Assembly: GCA_001464615.1 (NCBI GenBank) | Contig: LNFI01000010.1 | Location: 38,867-102,866, forward strand | Origin: Sphingomonadales bacterium Ga0077557 | GTDB lineage: Bacteria > Pseudomonadota > Alphaproteobacteria > Sphingomonadales > Sphingomonadaceae | DNA length: 64,000 nt | Direction: 5' to 3' | Shown: positions 1 to 9,584 of the stretch, piece by piece | How the letters are laid out: every line of letters starts with the position of its first letter | How positions within the stretch are numbered: the stretch's first letter is position 1 | Made by a program: the position numbers and the translations under genes | Notes under the pieces: generated by a model | Seen by the model: the letters and a program-made list of their open reading frames with translations, nothing else | The model's database searches: none | Told to the model about the DNA's origin: nothing

Positions 1-165
1 CAGCATGGCACCGTGAACGGCCGCAAGGTGCGGATCGACGTACCCTATGCCCTGCAACAGCGACTGACCGGCTACGAGGAGAACGAAGGCATTGTCGAAT
101 GGCCGCTGTCTTTCTTGCCGCAGCCGAGCGCTGGCAACGACCAGTGGAAAATCACCCTCACCTAA
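1..165 (+). CDS. Phage tail tube protein, C-terminal part (5' truncated by window)
   Basis: Frame 1 reads QHGTVNGRKVRIDVP...FLPQPSAGNDQWKITLT*, a typical tail-tube C-terminus, directly upstream of the chaperone and tape measure genes. Confidence 0.7.
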   Translation, partial: QHGTVNGRKVRIDVPYALQQRLTGYEENEGIVEWPLSFLPQPSAGNDQWKITLT

Positions 166-177
166 GAAGGACAACGC

Positions 178-528
178 ATGTTCAAGGTAACGACCGAGCC
201 GAAATTCACGCACCGCGTTGCTGTTCAGGTGCCGATCGATGGCGGGTATGTCGCGCAGGATTTCAGGGTGACGTTCCGTGTCGTCGATGGCGATAAGTTG
301 CGATCGGACGACGGTGATGAAATCGTGACCCAGGAATCGGTGATCGAGGAGCAGAAGGAAGCCTTGCGGCGGATCATCATCGAGATGCATGATCTGGTTG
401 GCGAAGACGATCAGCCCGTGCCCTATTCCGATGCACTGCGCGAACAGCTGATCGCGCTGCCCTACATGCGCCTGGCGCTGAACACGGCCTACATCGCGGC
501 GATGACCAAGGCCAGGGCGGGAAACTAA
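178..528 (+). CDS. Tail assembly chaperone (gpG-like)
   Basis: 116 aa between tail tube and TMP; SD AAGGA; ends on slippery heptamer G GGA AAC then TAA. Confidence 0.8.
   Translation: MFKVTTEPKFTHRVAVQVPIDGGYVAQDFRVTFRVVDGDKLRSDDGDEIVTQESVIEEQKEALRRIIIEMHDLVGEDDQPVPYSDALREQLIALPYMRLALNTAYIAAMTKARAGN
519..525 (+). other. -1 programmed ribosomal frameshift site GGGAAAC (gpG/gpGT type)
   Basis: X XXY YYZ heptamer just before the stop; the -1 frame is open from 519 into ORF 600..902. Confidence 0.8.
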
Positions 529-599
529 AGGCCGCTGCGCGGCATTGGGCGCGCGGCGGCAAAGGCGATTATTCCAATGCCGCGCGCGAGGCCCGCAAG

Positions 600-902
600 A
601 TGGGCGCACCGGCAGAGGTGGTTGCCCGGATCGAAGCTGCGGATGCCCCCGATTTCGATGTGTGGGCAGAAAACTGGGACGCAGTGAACGCCTTTCTGTT
701 CGTGTGCACCCAGTGGCGCACCGTGGCGATCGGCGGCGGGATGGAGAAGGCCCAAGTCTATTGGCAGGGCCTTGATTATGCCGCCGTCGCGGCCGGCCTG
801 GCGGGCGGCGGCATCACCAGCCCGCCATCGGTTTGGACAGGGCTGCGCATCATGGAGGCCGCCGCGCGCAACGCGCTGAACGGTGTGGAAGAAAGTGACT
901 GA
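600..902 (+). CDS. Tail assembly chaperone frameshift extension (DUF1799-like, gpT-like)
   Basis: WAENWDAVNAFLFVCTQWR...GLDYAAV motif; in the -1 frame of the upstream chaperone. Confidence 0.75.
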   Translation: MGAPAEVVARIEAADAPDFDVWAENWDAVNAFLFVCTQWRTVAIGGGMEKAQVYWQGLDYAAVAAGLAGGGITSPPSVWTGLRIMEAAARNALNGVEESD

Positions 903-3900
903 TGGCGCTTAAGACTTCCCTTGTTATCTCCGGCGACAGCGCGTCTGGAAAGGCGGCGCTGCGTGATATCGAGCAGGGGTTTGACAAGGCCGGGACGGCG
1001 GCGACGCGATCGGGTGCGCAGATCCGCAGTGCCGCCAATGACGTCGAACGGGCCGCCAACCGCCAGGCATTCGCCGTTCGAAACGCCGGGCAGCAGGTCG
1101 GTGATTTCGGGCTGCAAATTGCTGATGGCACGAGCATATCGCGGGCCTTTTCCAATCAGATCGGCCAGCTGGGCTTCGCCCTGTCTGAAATGGGGGGAAA
1201 GGCCGGTAAAGTCGGTGCGGCGCTCACCGGGCCGGTTGGCATCGGCTTTACCATTGCGGCGGCGCTGGCGGCACCCTTCGTCGAAGAACTGATCCGGGGT
1301 GGCGAAAGTGCCGACACGCTGGCGGACCGCCTTGACGATGCAACCAAGGCTGCCGACTCGTTCGGCAATGCGCAATCGCTGGTCGGCCAGATCATCGAGC
1401 TGACGACGGGAAAGCTGAAGACGCAAAATCTGGTGCTGATCGAAAGCATCCGGTTGCAAGCGACGGCCGGACTGCGGAAGGCAAAGCAGGACGAAAAAAA
1501 TGCTGCCAAGGAAGTCGCTCAGATCGGTCGGCCGTCCCTGACACAACGGGTCGGCACGGCATTTGGATCGCTCAGCTCGGGCGGCATTTCATCGCTGTTA
1601 CTGGGCAGCCCACAGCAGGACGCGCTTGTCCGATCGACCACCGGCTTGCGCAAAATCGCTGACGAATATCGCGCGGGTACGATCAACATCACCCAGGCGC
1701 GCGAGCAGGTGGAGCAATTTGCGGCTGCCAACCGCAAGGCCAAGATCGATGTGATCGCGACGGTGGAAAGCTTCGTAAAGCTGGGTACGGCACGTAACGA
1801 GCAAAAGGCCAATCAGCAGGCGCTCGATGCGATCGACGGCAAGGGCATCGCGCGCGAGCTTGTCCCGTTCAAGGCGACCGGTCGCCCCCGTGCGGCACGC
1901 AAGGGGCCGAGTGCTGCCTCGCTGGCAGCAAGCGGCCTGGGTATCAGTGATCAGATCGCCGATATCGAGGCGCAATATACCGAACTGCCCACGGCCATCA
2001 AAAAGGCCAATGACCAGCTGCGCGAGCTGGAGAAGATTAAGGCGGCGATCGACAGGCAGCCGCTGCTGCCGGGTGCGGATGCGCTGAAGGGGCGGATCGA
2101 GGCGCTGGGCGTGACGATCCAGAACAGCATCAATAAGCCGTTTGATGATTATCTGGAGCAGCAGCGCCAGGCGGCCGAGATCGACAAGCTGCTGCTGCAG
2201 GGGCGCAATGATGAGGCGGCGGCGCTGCAGGTGATCATCGGCCTTCAACAAAGGCTGGGGCCGCTCAGCGATGATCAGCTTGCATCGGTACTGGCCACCG
2301 TGCGCGCCGATCGCGAACGCAGCCAGGTGCTGCGCGATCAGCAGGCATTGATCCGGGGCAATGTCGAGGCGGTACAATCATTCCGCGGTGCGCTGGAGCA
2401 AACCGTCGCCGATGCGTTGCGCGGGCGCTTCTCGCTCGGCTCGATCCTGACGTCGATCGGCAACAGCGCGATCAACCTCGCTTCGCAGCGGATCGTCGAG
2501 CAATTGTTTGGCAGCACGCTTCGCTCGCTGGAAGACCAGGCGCGGGGCAGCGACAAGGTTGATGCTGCTGCCACTACGATTGCCGGCGCACTGGGCAAGG
2601 GCAGTTCGGCCGTCGAGGATTTCGCCACTACGGTGCGGAGCATCAGCGCCCGTATCGCCGGTGCGCCAGCGTCTGCCGCCAATGACAATGGCCTGGCGGC
2701 GGCAACAGCGGCGGGCGGCACCCCCGCCAATGACAACGCCAGCAACGGCGATATCGTCGTCGTCGCCCGTCGCGCCTCGGCGCTGGCCGGTCAAGGTGTG
2801 GCCGAACAGCTGATCAATATCGTCGACCAGACATTTGCCGCGATTGGCGTCAAATTCCCGCCTGTGGTGACCGGCGTGTTGAAAGACACGCTGGGCAAGC
2901 TGGAGAAATCGCTGCCGTCGCTGTTGAAGGGCGCGGCGATCGGCGCGACCAGCTCGCGGATCATCCTGGGGGATCGCGGCACGGCCGGGACGATCGGCAG
3001 CTCGATCGGCGGCGCGATTGGCGGCAAGGTGGGGGAGAAGTTCCTGTCAACCGGTCTGTCGACAATCGCCAAGGGCCTTGGAGGGCTCGCCAGCTTTGCC
3101 GGGCCGATCGGCTCGATCGTGGGGGGGCTTGTCGGCGGACTGTTCGGCGGATTGTTCAAGCCCGCTGAAAAGGCCAAGGGCGGTGCCATCACGAGCACCG
3201 ATGGCAAGATCAGCGTCAGCGGTAACAATGCCGATTCGAAGAACGATGTCTCCCAGGCATCAAAATCGGTTCAGTCTGGCCTGCAGCAGATCGCCGATAC
3301 ATTGGGGGCCGAGATTGGCACCTTCAGCGTTTCCATCTCCAAATATAAGACCAGCTTTCGCGTCGATCCGTCGGGCGGGGGCTCTGACGGCGGCAAATAT
3401 GGCAATAAGAACGGCGTCACCAAGTTCGACAATAACGACGCCGAGGGCGCGATCGCGTTCGCCATTGCCAATGCGATCGCCGATGGGGCGATTGCCGGGG
3501 TCAGCAAGAGCGTCACCCAGGCGCTGCAATCATCGCCCGATATCAACAAGGCGCTGAAGGAAGCGGTCAAAGTATCCGATCTGGAAACCGCGCTGGGCGG
3601 CATTGGCGGGCAGATTGCCAAGGAGGTGAAGGCGTTTGAGAAAACGGCGGCCGACCGGCTGCGGATCGCCAAGGCTTATGGCTTTGACATCGTCAAGGTT
3701 GAAGAGCTGAACGCCAAGCAGCGCCTGTCGCTGAGTGAGAAGCTGCTGAAGGACCAGGTTGGTTCGCTCCAGGATCTGATCGACGAAATCACCTCTGGGT
3801 CGCTGTTCGAAGGATCGGCGGTCGATCAGCGCAATATCCTGCTCGACAAGGTCGCTGCTGCCCGTGCCGATGCCAATGCCGGCGTCGATGGCGCCGGGGA

Positions 3901-4225
3901 AAAACTTGCGGAGCTGCTGCGGCAGCTCGACAGCGTGTCCAGGGATGCATTCGGCACGACGGGTGGATTTGCTGCCGATCGGCAGCTGATCCTTGATAGC
4001 GCACGCGATACCATTGCCAGGGCCAACCAGCGCGTCGCCGATGCGCAAAAGGCAAGCGACCCGGCACTGGCCGAAACCAATGCCCAGCTGGGGGAGAGCA
4101 ATGATCAGCTGGCAAAGCTGGTTGCGTATATGCGCGACAGCGCCGGTTCGCTGTCGACGATCGCCGGATTTGGGAGTGCGGGCTTCACTGACCAGTCCCA
4201 GCTGCGCGCCACGGCGGCCTATTGA
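902..4225 (+). CDS. Phage tail tape measure protein
   Basis: 1107 aa, Ala/Gly-rich helical; lambda-type N-terminus (AVRNAGQQVGDFGLQI), Gly-rich hydrophobic segment; position after chaperones. Confidence 0.92.
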   Translation: MALKTSLVISGDSASGKAALRDIEQGFDKAGTAATRSGAQIRSAANDVERAANRQAFAVRNAGQQVGDFGLQIADGTSISRAFSNQIGQLGFALSEMGGKAGKVGAALTGPVGIGFTIAAALAAPFVEELIRGGESADTLADRLDDATKAADSFGNAQSLVGQIIELTTGKLKTQNLVLIESIRLQATAGLRKAKQDEKNAAKEVAQIGRPSLTQRVGTAFGSLSSGGISSLLLGSPQQDALVRSTTGLRKIADEYRAGTINITQAREQVEQFAAANRKAKIDVIATVESFVKLGTARNEQKANQQALDAIDGKGIARELVPFKATGRPRAARKGPSAASLAASGLGISDQIADIEAQYTELPTAIKKANDQLRELEKIKAAIDRQPLLPGADALKGRIEALGVTIQNSINKPFDDYLEQQRQAAEIDKLLLQGRNDEAAALQVIIGLQQRLGPLSDDQLASVLATVRADRERSQVLRDQQALIRGNVEAVQSFRGALEQTVADALRGRFSLGSILTSIGNSAINLASQRIVEQLFGSTLRSLEDQARGSDKVDAAATTIAGALGKGSSAVEDFATTVRSISARIAGAPASAANDNGLAAATAAGGTPANDNASNGDIVVVARRASALAGQGVAEQLINIVDQTFAAIGVKFPPVVTGVLKDTLGKLEKSLPSLLKGAAIGATSSRIILGDRGTAGTIGSSIGGAIGGKVGEKFLSTGLSTIAKGLGGLASFAGPIGSIVGGLVGGLFGGLFKPAEKAKGGAITSTDGKISVSGNNADSKNDVSQASKSVQSGLQQIADTLGAEIGTFSVSISKYKTSFRVDPSGGGSDGGKYGNKNGVTKFDNNDAEGAIAFAIANAIADGAIAGVSKSVTQALQSSPDINKALKEAVKVSDLETALGGIGGQIAKEVKAFEKTAADRLRIAKAYGFDIVKVEELNAKQRLSLSEKLLKDQVGSLQDLIDEITSGSLFEGSAVDQRNILLDKVAAARADANAGVDGAGEKLAELLRQLDSVSRDAFGTTGGFAADRQLILDSARDTIARANQRVADAQKASDPALAETNAQLGESNDQLAKLVAYMRDSAGSLSTIAGFGSAGFTDQSQLRATAAY

Positions 4226-6822
4226 TGGCAGCGCCGTGCATCCTGATCGAAGCAGCGCCCGTCCGCGCGGCCGATGGCGTTGCCGAAACCGTGCGGCTGG
4301 CGGGCGGCGGTGGGCAGTTCCCCTATTTTTATGGGAACCAGCATTGGCGCGCGGGCGTGGTGCAGCTGCCCACCTTCATTACTGCGATCAATTTTGAAGG
4401 CGGCGATTTTGGCGAAGGGGGTGTGCCCCAGGCAGCCGAGCTGCAATGGGCCGCCACAACCAAATCAGACCTGTCGGGAATGGCCGGCTATTTCTGGATC
4501 GACGCCCCCATCACCGTGCGGATCGGGGATGAAAATGCCAGTGGCACGCTGCCCCCCGTAAAACTGACCGGCAAGGTGCTGTCGTCCACGGTCGATGGCG
4601 GCACGCTGAAGATCCAGCTGAGCGATCCGGTGGCTGATATGAAGAAGCCGCTGCTGACCGATCGCTTTGGCGGCACGGGCGGGCTGGACGGCCCGGTGGA
4701 GTGGGCGGGCAAGATCAAGCATCGCGTCTGGGGCCGGGTGTGGAACAAGGCCGGTGAGCCGATCGACAAGGCGAACAACATTTATTCATTCGCCGATCCG
4801 GGGCGGCCGATCCAGGCATTTGATGCCGTGCGCGACAAGGGCGCACCGGCCGCCGCGCTGACCGTGCTTGGCTGGCAGGGCAGCATGGCGGCCACCCTTG
4901 CGGCGTTACGATCGGCAGCAGTGACGCGCGGCGGTGGCGTGGCCTGCCCATCGATTACCTGTGTCAAATGGTGGACCCAGCCTGCCGGTGAGCTGACCGC
5001 GGATCTGCGCGGCGAGGTGGGCAGTGGCTATGTCGAAACGACGGCCGAAATCGTCGCGCGGATCGTTGCGGGTGGCCCCGCTACCCCCTTTGCTGCGGGC
5101 ACGATCGCCGCCGCTGTTGCCGCGCGACCGGCACCGGTTGGCTGGGTGGCCAATGACGACAGCACGACGGTTGCCGCGATGATTGAAGAGCTGCTCGGCA
5201 ACAGCTCACTGCTGTGGCTGCTGAATGCGGCCGGGGAGATTGTCCTGCGGGAATGGGCATGGGACAGCCCGGCCACCTCCGCAATCAGCTATGCCGTAAA
5301 GCGCACGGCGACGTTCCGGCCGGTCGCCACGCGCACGCTGGGCTTTCGCCGCAACGAGCGCCAAATGGCGCGGGGCGAGATTGCAGCGATTGTCTTTGCC
5401 GATTGGCCCAACATTGGCGACCCTGATGGAACGCGGCCCGCCGACAATGCCACTGTCGGCGCGACGATCGGCGTCGATGTGAAGGATGGCAGTGGCAACG
5501 TTGTCCCGCCGCCGGCGCTGCTCAATTCCAGCCTGGTACTTGGTCCAGACGGCACACTGAGCGTCACGATCGGCGGGACGACGACGGTGCTGGGCAAGGT
5601 GACGCTGCCCGATCTTGGCGCGGCCAGCGATAGCGCGCGGCGGCAACTGGAGCGGGATCTGGAATCGCTGTCAGAGGCGGCGATACAGCTCGCAGGGCAG
5701 CAACAGATCGTCAATAACGTGCTTCGGGATGCCGGGCTTTATACCGACCCGGCTAACGGCGTCGCCAAGCTCTTCGCGATCGAGAACCGCGCCAACCAGA
5801 TCACCCGCCTGCAAGCCAGCCTCAATGCCGCGCTTGCGGAGATCAGTCTGCGGGCGACGGTCAATTATGTCGACGAAGCAATTCTGTTTGCAACCTTGGG
5901 CGGTTCGTCCGCCGATCTGACATCGCTATTGGCACGGCTGACCAGCGCGGAAGCGACGATCGACGGGCTGGCGGCCCAGGTTGAGTTGAAGGCTAGTGCG
6001 CTAACATTGACGGCACTGTCTGGCACCGTCAGCGAGGTGCAATCGACGCTGGACGCGCTGGGAGCAACGGTAGCGGACAAGGCCAGCCAGACTGTCGTTG
6101 ATGAGCAAGGCGCGCGGCTGACTGCCGCCGAGAGCACGCTGTCTGCGCTCGATGCGGCCACGATTGTGCAATCGGTCAGCGCCGCGCGACGGGCAGCAAC
6201 CGACACCGATATTGCAGCCGAAAACGGCATCTTGGCGCTTTTGGCCGCTGCTGACGCGAAGAACTTTGCGCAGACCGGAATCGCGCAGGCCCGCACTGAA
6301 TTGAATGCGCGCCTCACTGGGGCATTTGATGCCGTCGCATCGCTCAGCGTCACGCTAGGCGTGCAGATCGGCACTGTGACGGCGCAGATCGGGGCGGTGC
6401 AGAATGCCGTGATCGCGGGTGATAGCGCCAGCGCCTCTGCGCTCGCGGCGTATCAGGTGACGGTCAACGGCAATCTGGGAGCAATCAATACGGTGATCAG
6501 TGCGCAGGCCGACACGCTTGGCGCGATGTCCGCCACTGTATCGGGGCTCAACACGACGGTTGGCGGGCATACGTCAACACTGACCAGCTATGGCGCCAGC
6601 ATCGACGGGCTCCAGTCCAAGACCGGCGTTGTGATCGATACCAATGGCTATTTCGTTGGTTGGGAATTGCTCGGCGGCGCCGCCAGCGGCAGCATCACGT
6701 TCCGCGTCGATGAGCTCCGTGTCGAAGATCCAGACGGCTCGTCTGGCTTCTCGATTGCTGACGGCGCGATCAACGTCAGGGTCGGCAGCGTCAATATTGT
6801 TGAGATCGGCAAGCTGTCATGA
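4225..6822 (+). CDS. Tail tip/hub protein fused to coiled coil and J-like (DUF1983-like) C-terminus
   Basis: TGATG overlap with TMP; N-terminal hub-like region, PADNATVGA motif, heptad repeats, C-terminal VVIDTNGYFVGWEL...ITFRVDELRV. Confidence 0.7.
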   Translation: MAAPCILIEAAPVRAADGVAETVRLAGGGGQFPYFYGNQHWRAGVVQLPTFITAINFEGGDFGEGGVPQAAELQWAATTKSDLSGMAGYFWIDAPITVRIGDENASGTLPPVKLTGKVLSSTVDGGTLKIQLSDPVADMKKPLLTDRFGGTGGLDGPVEWAGKIKHRVWGRVWNKAGEPIDKANNIYSFADPGRPIQAFDAVRDKGAPAAALTVLGWQGSMAATLAALRSAAVTRGGGVACPSITCVKWWTQPAGELTADLRGEVGSGYVETTAEIVARIVAGGPATPFAAGTIAAAVAARPAPVGWVANDDSTTVAAMIEELLGNSSLLWLLNAAGEIVLREWAWDSPATSAISYAVKRTATFRPVATRTLGFRRNERQMARGEIAAIVFADWPNIGDPDGTRPADNATVGATIGVDVKDGSGNVVPPPALLNSSLVLGPDGTLSVTIGGTTTVLGKVTLPDLGAASDSARRQLERDLESLSEAAIQLAGQQQIVNNVLRDAGLYTDPANGVAKLFAIENRANQITRLQASLNAALAEISLRATVNYVDEAILFATLGGSSADLTSLLARLTSAEATIDGLAAQVELKASALTLTALSGTVSEVQSTLDALGATVADKASQTVVDEQGARLTAAESTLSALDAATIVQSVSAARRAATDTDIAAENGILALLAAADAKNFAQTGIAQARTELNARLTGAFDAVASLSVTLGVQIGTVTAQIGAVQNAVIAGDSASASALAAYQVTVNGNLGAINTVISAQADTLGAMSATVSGLNTTVGGHTSTLTSYGASIDGLQSKTGVVIDTNGYFVGWELLGGAASGSITFRVDELRVEDPDGSSGFSIADGAINVRVGSVNIVEIGKLS

Positions 6823-7094
6823 CGGACTATGGCGTCAGAACCTATAATGGTGGGCAACTTGTCTTTGACAGCACCAAATTCCGGCTTTCGCGCGTTTTTG
6901 ACATTGTCGTGTTTACCGGCACCGGCACGATCACCATCACCGATGATCGCTTCCTGAGCGGCACGGAATTTGTGCATCAGATAACCGGGGGGCCGGGGAG
7001 CGGCGTGACCTGGGCCTTGTCGGGCAATGTCCTGACGCTGAGTTTGGCCGAATATCCCGGCTACAACATCGCCGTCGCCTACGGGGCCTATTGA
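6819..7094 (+). CDS. Small tail tip accessory protein
   Basis: ATGA overlap; YGVRTYNGGQLVFDS motif typical of small genes after central fibre genes. Confidence 0.6.
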   Translation: MTDYGVRTYNGGQLVFDSTKFRLSRVFDIVVFTGTGTITITDDRFLSGTEFVHQITGGPGSGVTWALSGNVLTLSLAEYPGYNIAVAYGAY

Positions 7095-7819
7095 TGGCTA
7101 CGGGCATTAAAATCATCAACCCGGCCAGCGGTTCCATTTGCATCGATTCCCGCGCCAGAAATTATGTCCTGGCGCAAAAGGGCACGCGGACATCAGTCGC
7201 CAAACCAACTGGTTCGGGTGCGGTGTACGTGAACCCGGATAACGTCAGCGTCAGCGGTGTCGGCGGGAATTTCGGCTGTCCGATTTTTGCCTATCGAAGC
7301 GCGGCGCGTGTCGGGATCAGGCCGTCGCTGAGCTATCAGCCCGTGTCGCTGACCAGCACGAGCGCGTGGACATTTGAGCTCTGGTTCGACGCGCCACCGG
7401 GGGCGACGCTTGATTACTGGATATTTGACCTGCCCTTCAACGGCATGGTCTTTGATTCGACTAGCGGGGCGCTGCGCACAAAAGACAGTGCCGGAAACGT
7501 GTTTTTTGACAGCCGGATGCGCCCGATGCGGGTCATGGGCGCGACGGCCAATCTGACATCCAATTCGAACACAGAGCAGTCAACGAACCTGGCCAGCCTG
7601 AACACCAATTCCGGCACGCTGGCGAGTGCCATCAGCTTCAACGGGCAGGGGTTCGAACGGCTGAGCGGCGTCAATTACTCCACGGTGCTGGCATCGCGCT
7701 GGAGCGGTGACACGCTGCACTATAAATATTTGAAGCACTTTGGCGTGGTCCAAGCCGGGAACAACGCGATCGGCACTGCGACGGGCCGACAGTTGATCCT
7801 GGACGTCAAGGATTACTGA
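7094..7819 (+). CDS. Tail tip accessory/receptor-binding adaptor protein
   Basis: TGATG overlap; two G-x-x-I/T...IDS/FDS repeats (GIKIINPASGSICIDS; ALRTKDSAGNVFFDS); beta-rich. Confidence 0.6.
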   Translation: MATGIKIINPASGSICIDSRARNYVLAQKGTRTSVAKPTGSGAVYVNPDNVSVSGVGGNFGCPIFAYRSAARVGIRPSLSYQPVSLTSTSAWTFELWFDAPPGATLDYWIFDLPFNGMVFDSTSGALRTKDSAGNVFFDSRMRPMRVMGATANLTSNSNTEQSTNLASLNTNSGTLASAISFNGQGFERLSGVNYSTVLASRWSGDTLHYKYLKHFGVVQAGNNAIGTATGRQLILDVKDY

Positions 7820-7883
7820 GGCTGGCCACAAACTCACCGGATTTTGACCAATCGCCCAAGCGGCACATCTGAAGGAAATAATC

Positions 7884-9164
7884 ATGGCATGGTATCGGAC
7901 AGGAGCAATCGCGGTAACGAATGGCAGCGCCACCGTCACCGGCACCGGCACGGCATTTAACAACAATGTGCAGCCAGGTCACGCGATCAACCTGCCGGAT
8001 GGCCGCGTCTATGAGGTGCTGGAAGTTGTTTCCAACACCGTGATCACGCTGGGCTCGAATTATCTTGGTTCCACCGCGTCGGGCCAAACCTATTCAATCC
8101 AACCCAACCAGGGCTTCGCGCAATCGGCATTTTCTAAGCTGTCGGATTTGCTCGCGCAGTTCGCAAACTATGTGACGACCGCGCTGGCGGGGAAGTTTGG
8201 CGACGGCACGGTTGGGGCGCCGGGGGTCAGCTTTGCCGCCGAGCAGGCGACCGGGCTTTACCGCAAAGCACCTGGCGAGTTGGGCATTGCTGTTGGTGGC
8301 GCCGAAGTTGGCTCGATGACCAATGCGCTAGTGAGAATTCTGCGCCCGCAAACCGTCGTGCGCGCCGTCACTGACTTTTCCGATTCTATCTTTATTCTCA
8401 ACAGCGCGACGTCCAGCGGCGCTTGGGCGCGCATAGGCTTTCAGGCTGGTACGAAATATGGCTACGCGGCAATGTCTGATGGCGGCGATATGCTTCTTGC
8501 CAACACCTTCGCCGGGGCAGTGGTGATTTCCACAAACAACGCCGAAGCGCTGCGCATCGCCAGCGGAGGCGCAGTTTCAATCGCATCTGCCACAACGGCT
8601 TCGGCCGCTAACCTGTTTCAGTCGTCCAGCGGAACGGCTATTTTGCGGTCCACCTCGTCGCGGCGTTACAAGCACCGCATTGAAGATATTGAACCGCAAT
8701 ATGCCGACAAGGTGCTTGAGTTCCGCTCCAGATGGTATCAGTCGAACGCCGAGGCCGACAATCCAGAGCACGGATTTTGGGGCTTCGTTGCGGAAGAAGT
8801 CGCTGAGATCGATCCGCGCCTTGTGCATTTTGCCTATCTCGACAGCGATTATGATCAAGTCGAAGTGGAGCCGGCGCGCGACGCGGTGTTCGATGATGTA
8901 GCGGTGGAGATTGCACCCGCCACGCTTACCAGCCCGGCGCGTTACCAAATTCAGCGGGTGCAGGTCGCTCCCGCCCGCCCGCCAAGATACGAACGGCGGC
9001 TGAAGGAGGGGGCTGAGAAGGTGCCGGATGGCGTTCAATATGAGCGTGTCTGCGTGCTGTTGCTCGACGTGGTGAAGCGGGAAAAGACGGCGCGGCTATC
9101 TCTTGAGACGCGATTTGCGCAACTTGAGGCGCGCGTTGCTGAGATGGAGGCGGGCAATGCCTGA
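7884..9164 (+). CDS. Tail fibre with C-terminal intramolecular chaperone (peptidase S74) domain
   Basis: N-terminal WYRTGAIAVTNGSATVTGTGT, GDGTVGAPGVSF fibre motif; C-terminal SSRRYKHRIEDI...GFVAEEV...VQYERV plus coiled coil. Confidence 0.85.
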   Translation: MAWYRTGAIAVTNGSATVTGTGTAFNNNVQPGHAINLPDGRVYEVLEVVSNTVITLGSNYLGSTASGQTYSIQPNQGFAQSAFSKLSDLLAQFANYVTTALAGKFGDGTVGAPGVSFAAEQATGLYRKAPGELGIAVGGAEVGSMTNALVRILRPQTVVRAVTDFSDSIFILNSATSSGAWARIGFQAGTKYGYAAMSDGGDMLLANTFAGAVVISTNNAEALRIASGGAVSIASATTASAANLFQSSSGTAILRSTSSRRYKHRIEDIEPQYADKVLEFRSRWYQSNAEADNPEHGFWGFVAEEVAEIDPRLVHFAYLDSDYDQVEVEPARDAVFDDVAVEIAPATLTSPARYQIQRVQVAPARPPRYERRLKEGAEKVPDGVQYERVCVLLLDVVKREKTARLSLETRFAQLEARVAEMEAGNA

Positions 9165-9216
9165 TCCGATGCCGCCGATCGATTATATGGGGCCGCATGG
9201 GGCCAACACAGGGTGA
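9157..9216 (+). CDS. 19-aa mini-ORF bridging the tail fibre stop and the next start
   Basis: SD GGAGG (9146-9150) 6 nt before ATG; MPDPMPPIDYMGPHGANTG*; its TGA overlaps GTG at 9213. Confidence 0.4.
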   Translation: MPDPMPPIDYMGPHGANTG

Positions 9217-9584
9217 CCGCCGTTGACCCCCTTTATGCCCAATGGTTGATGGACGATGGATATCGGCAGGTGTCTACCGATGCCACGTTGCAAGCGCGGT
9301 GGGGCGCGCGTGCCCAAACCACAGAGCGCCTGACGACGATCGCCGAGCGGGCAGACGCCGTGACAGAGGCCGCGCGCCAGATCGCGTTCCTGGGCGGCAG
9401 CGGCCCGCTGGTGATTGAGGAGCATTCGCTGTTGGGTGAATGGGCGCCCTATCTTGGCCAAGTGATCACCGTGTCGATCGACCGGCTGGGCTATGATGCT
9501 GGCTTGAACGTCTTTGTCATCGGGGCGGCTGACGAAGCCAGCACGGGCACTTCGACAGTCACTGTCGTGCGGAGATTGACATGA
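9213..9584 (+). CDS. Phage tail protein (resembles C-terminal part of a hub protein)
   Basis: AVTEAARQIAFL...LGQVITVSIDRLGYDAGLNVFVIG; coupled to the next gene by ATGA. Confidence 0.6.
   Translation: MTAVDPLYAQWLMDDGYRQVSTDATLQARWGARAQTTERLTTIAERADAVTEAARQIAFLGGSGPLVIEEHSLLGEWAPYLGQVITVSIDRLGYDAGLNVFVIGAADEASTGTSTVTVVRRLT

Noticed and set aside
776-4115. Long minus-strand and off-frame ORFs over the tape measure gene (e.g. 776..1546, 1598..2377)
   Set aside because: Shadow ORFs expected opposite GC-rich coding DNA; no motifs or SD.
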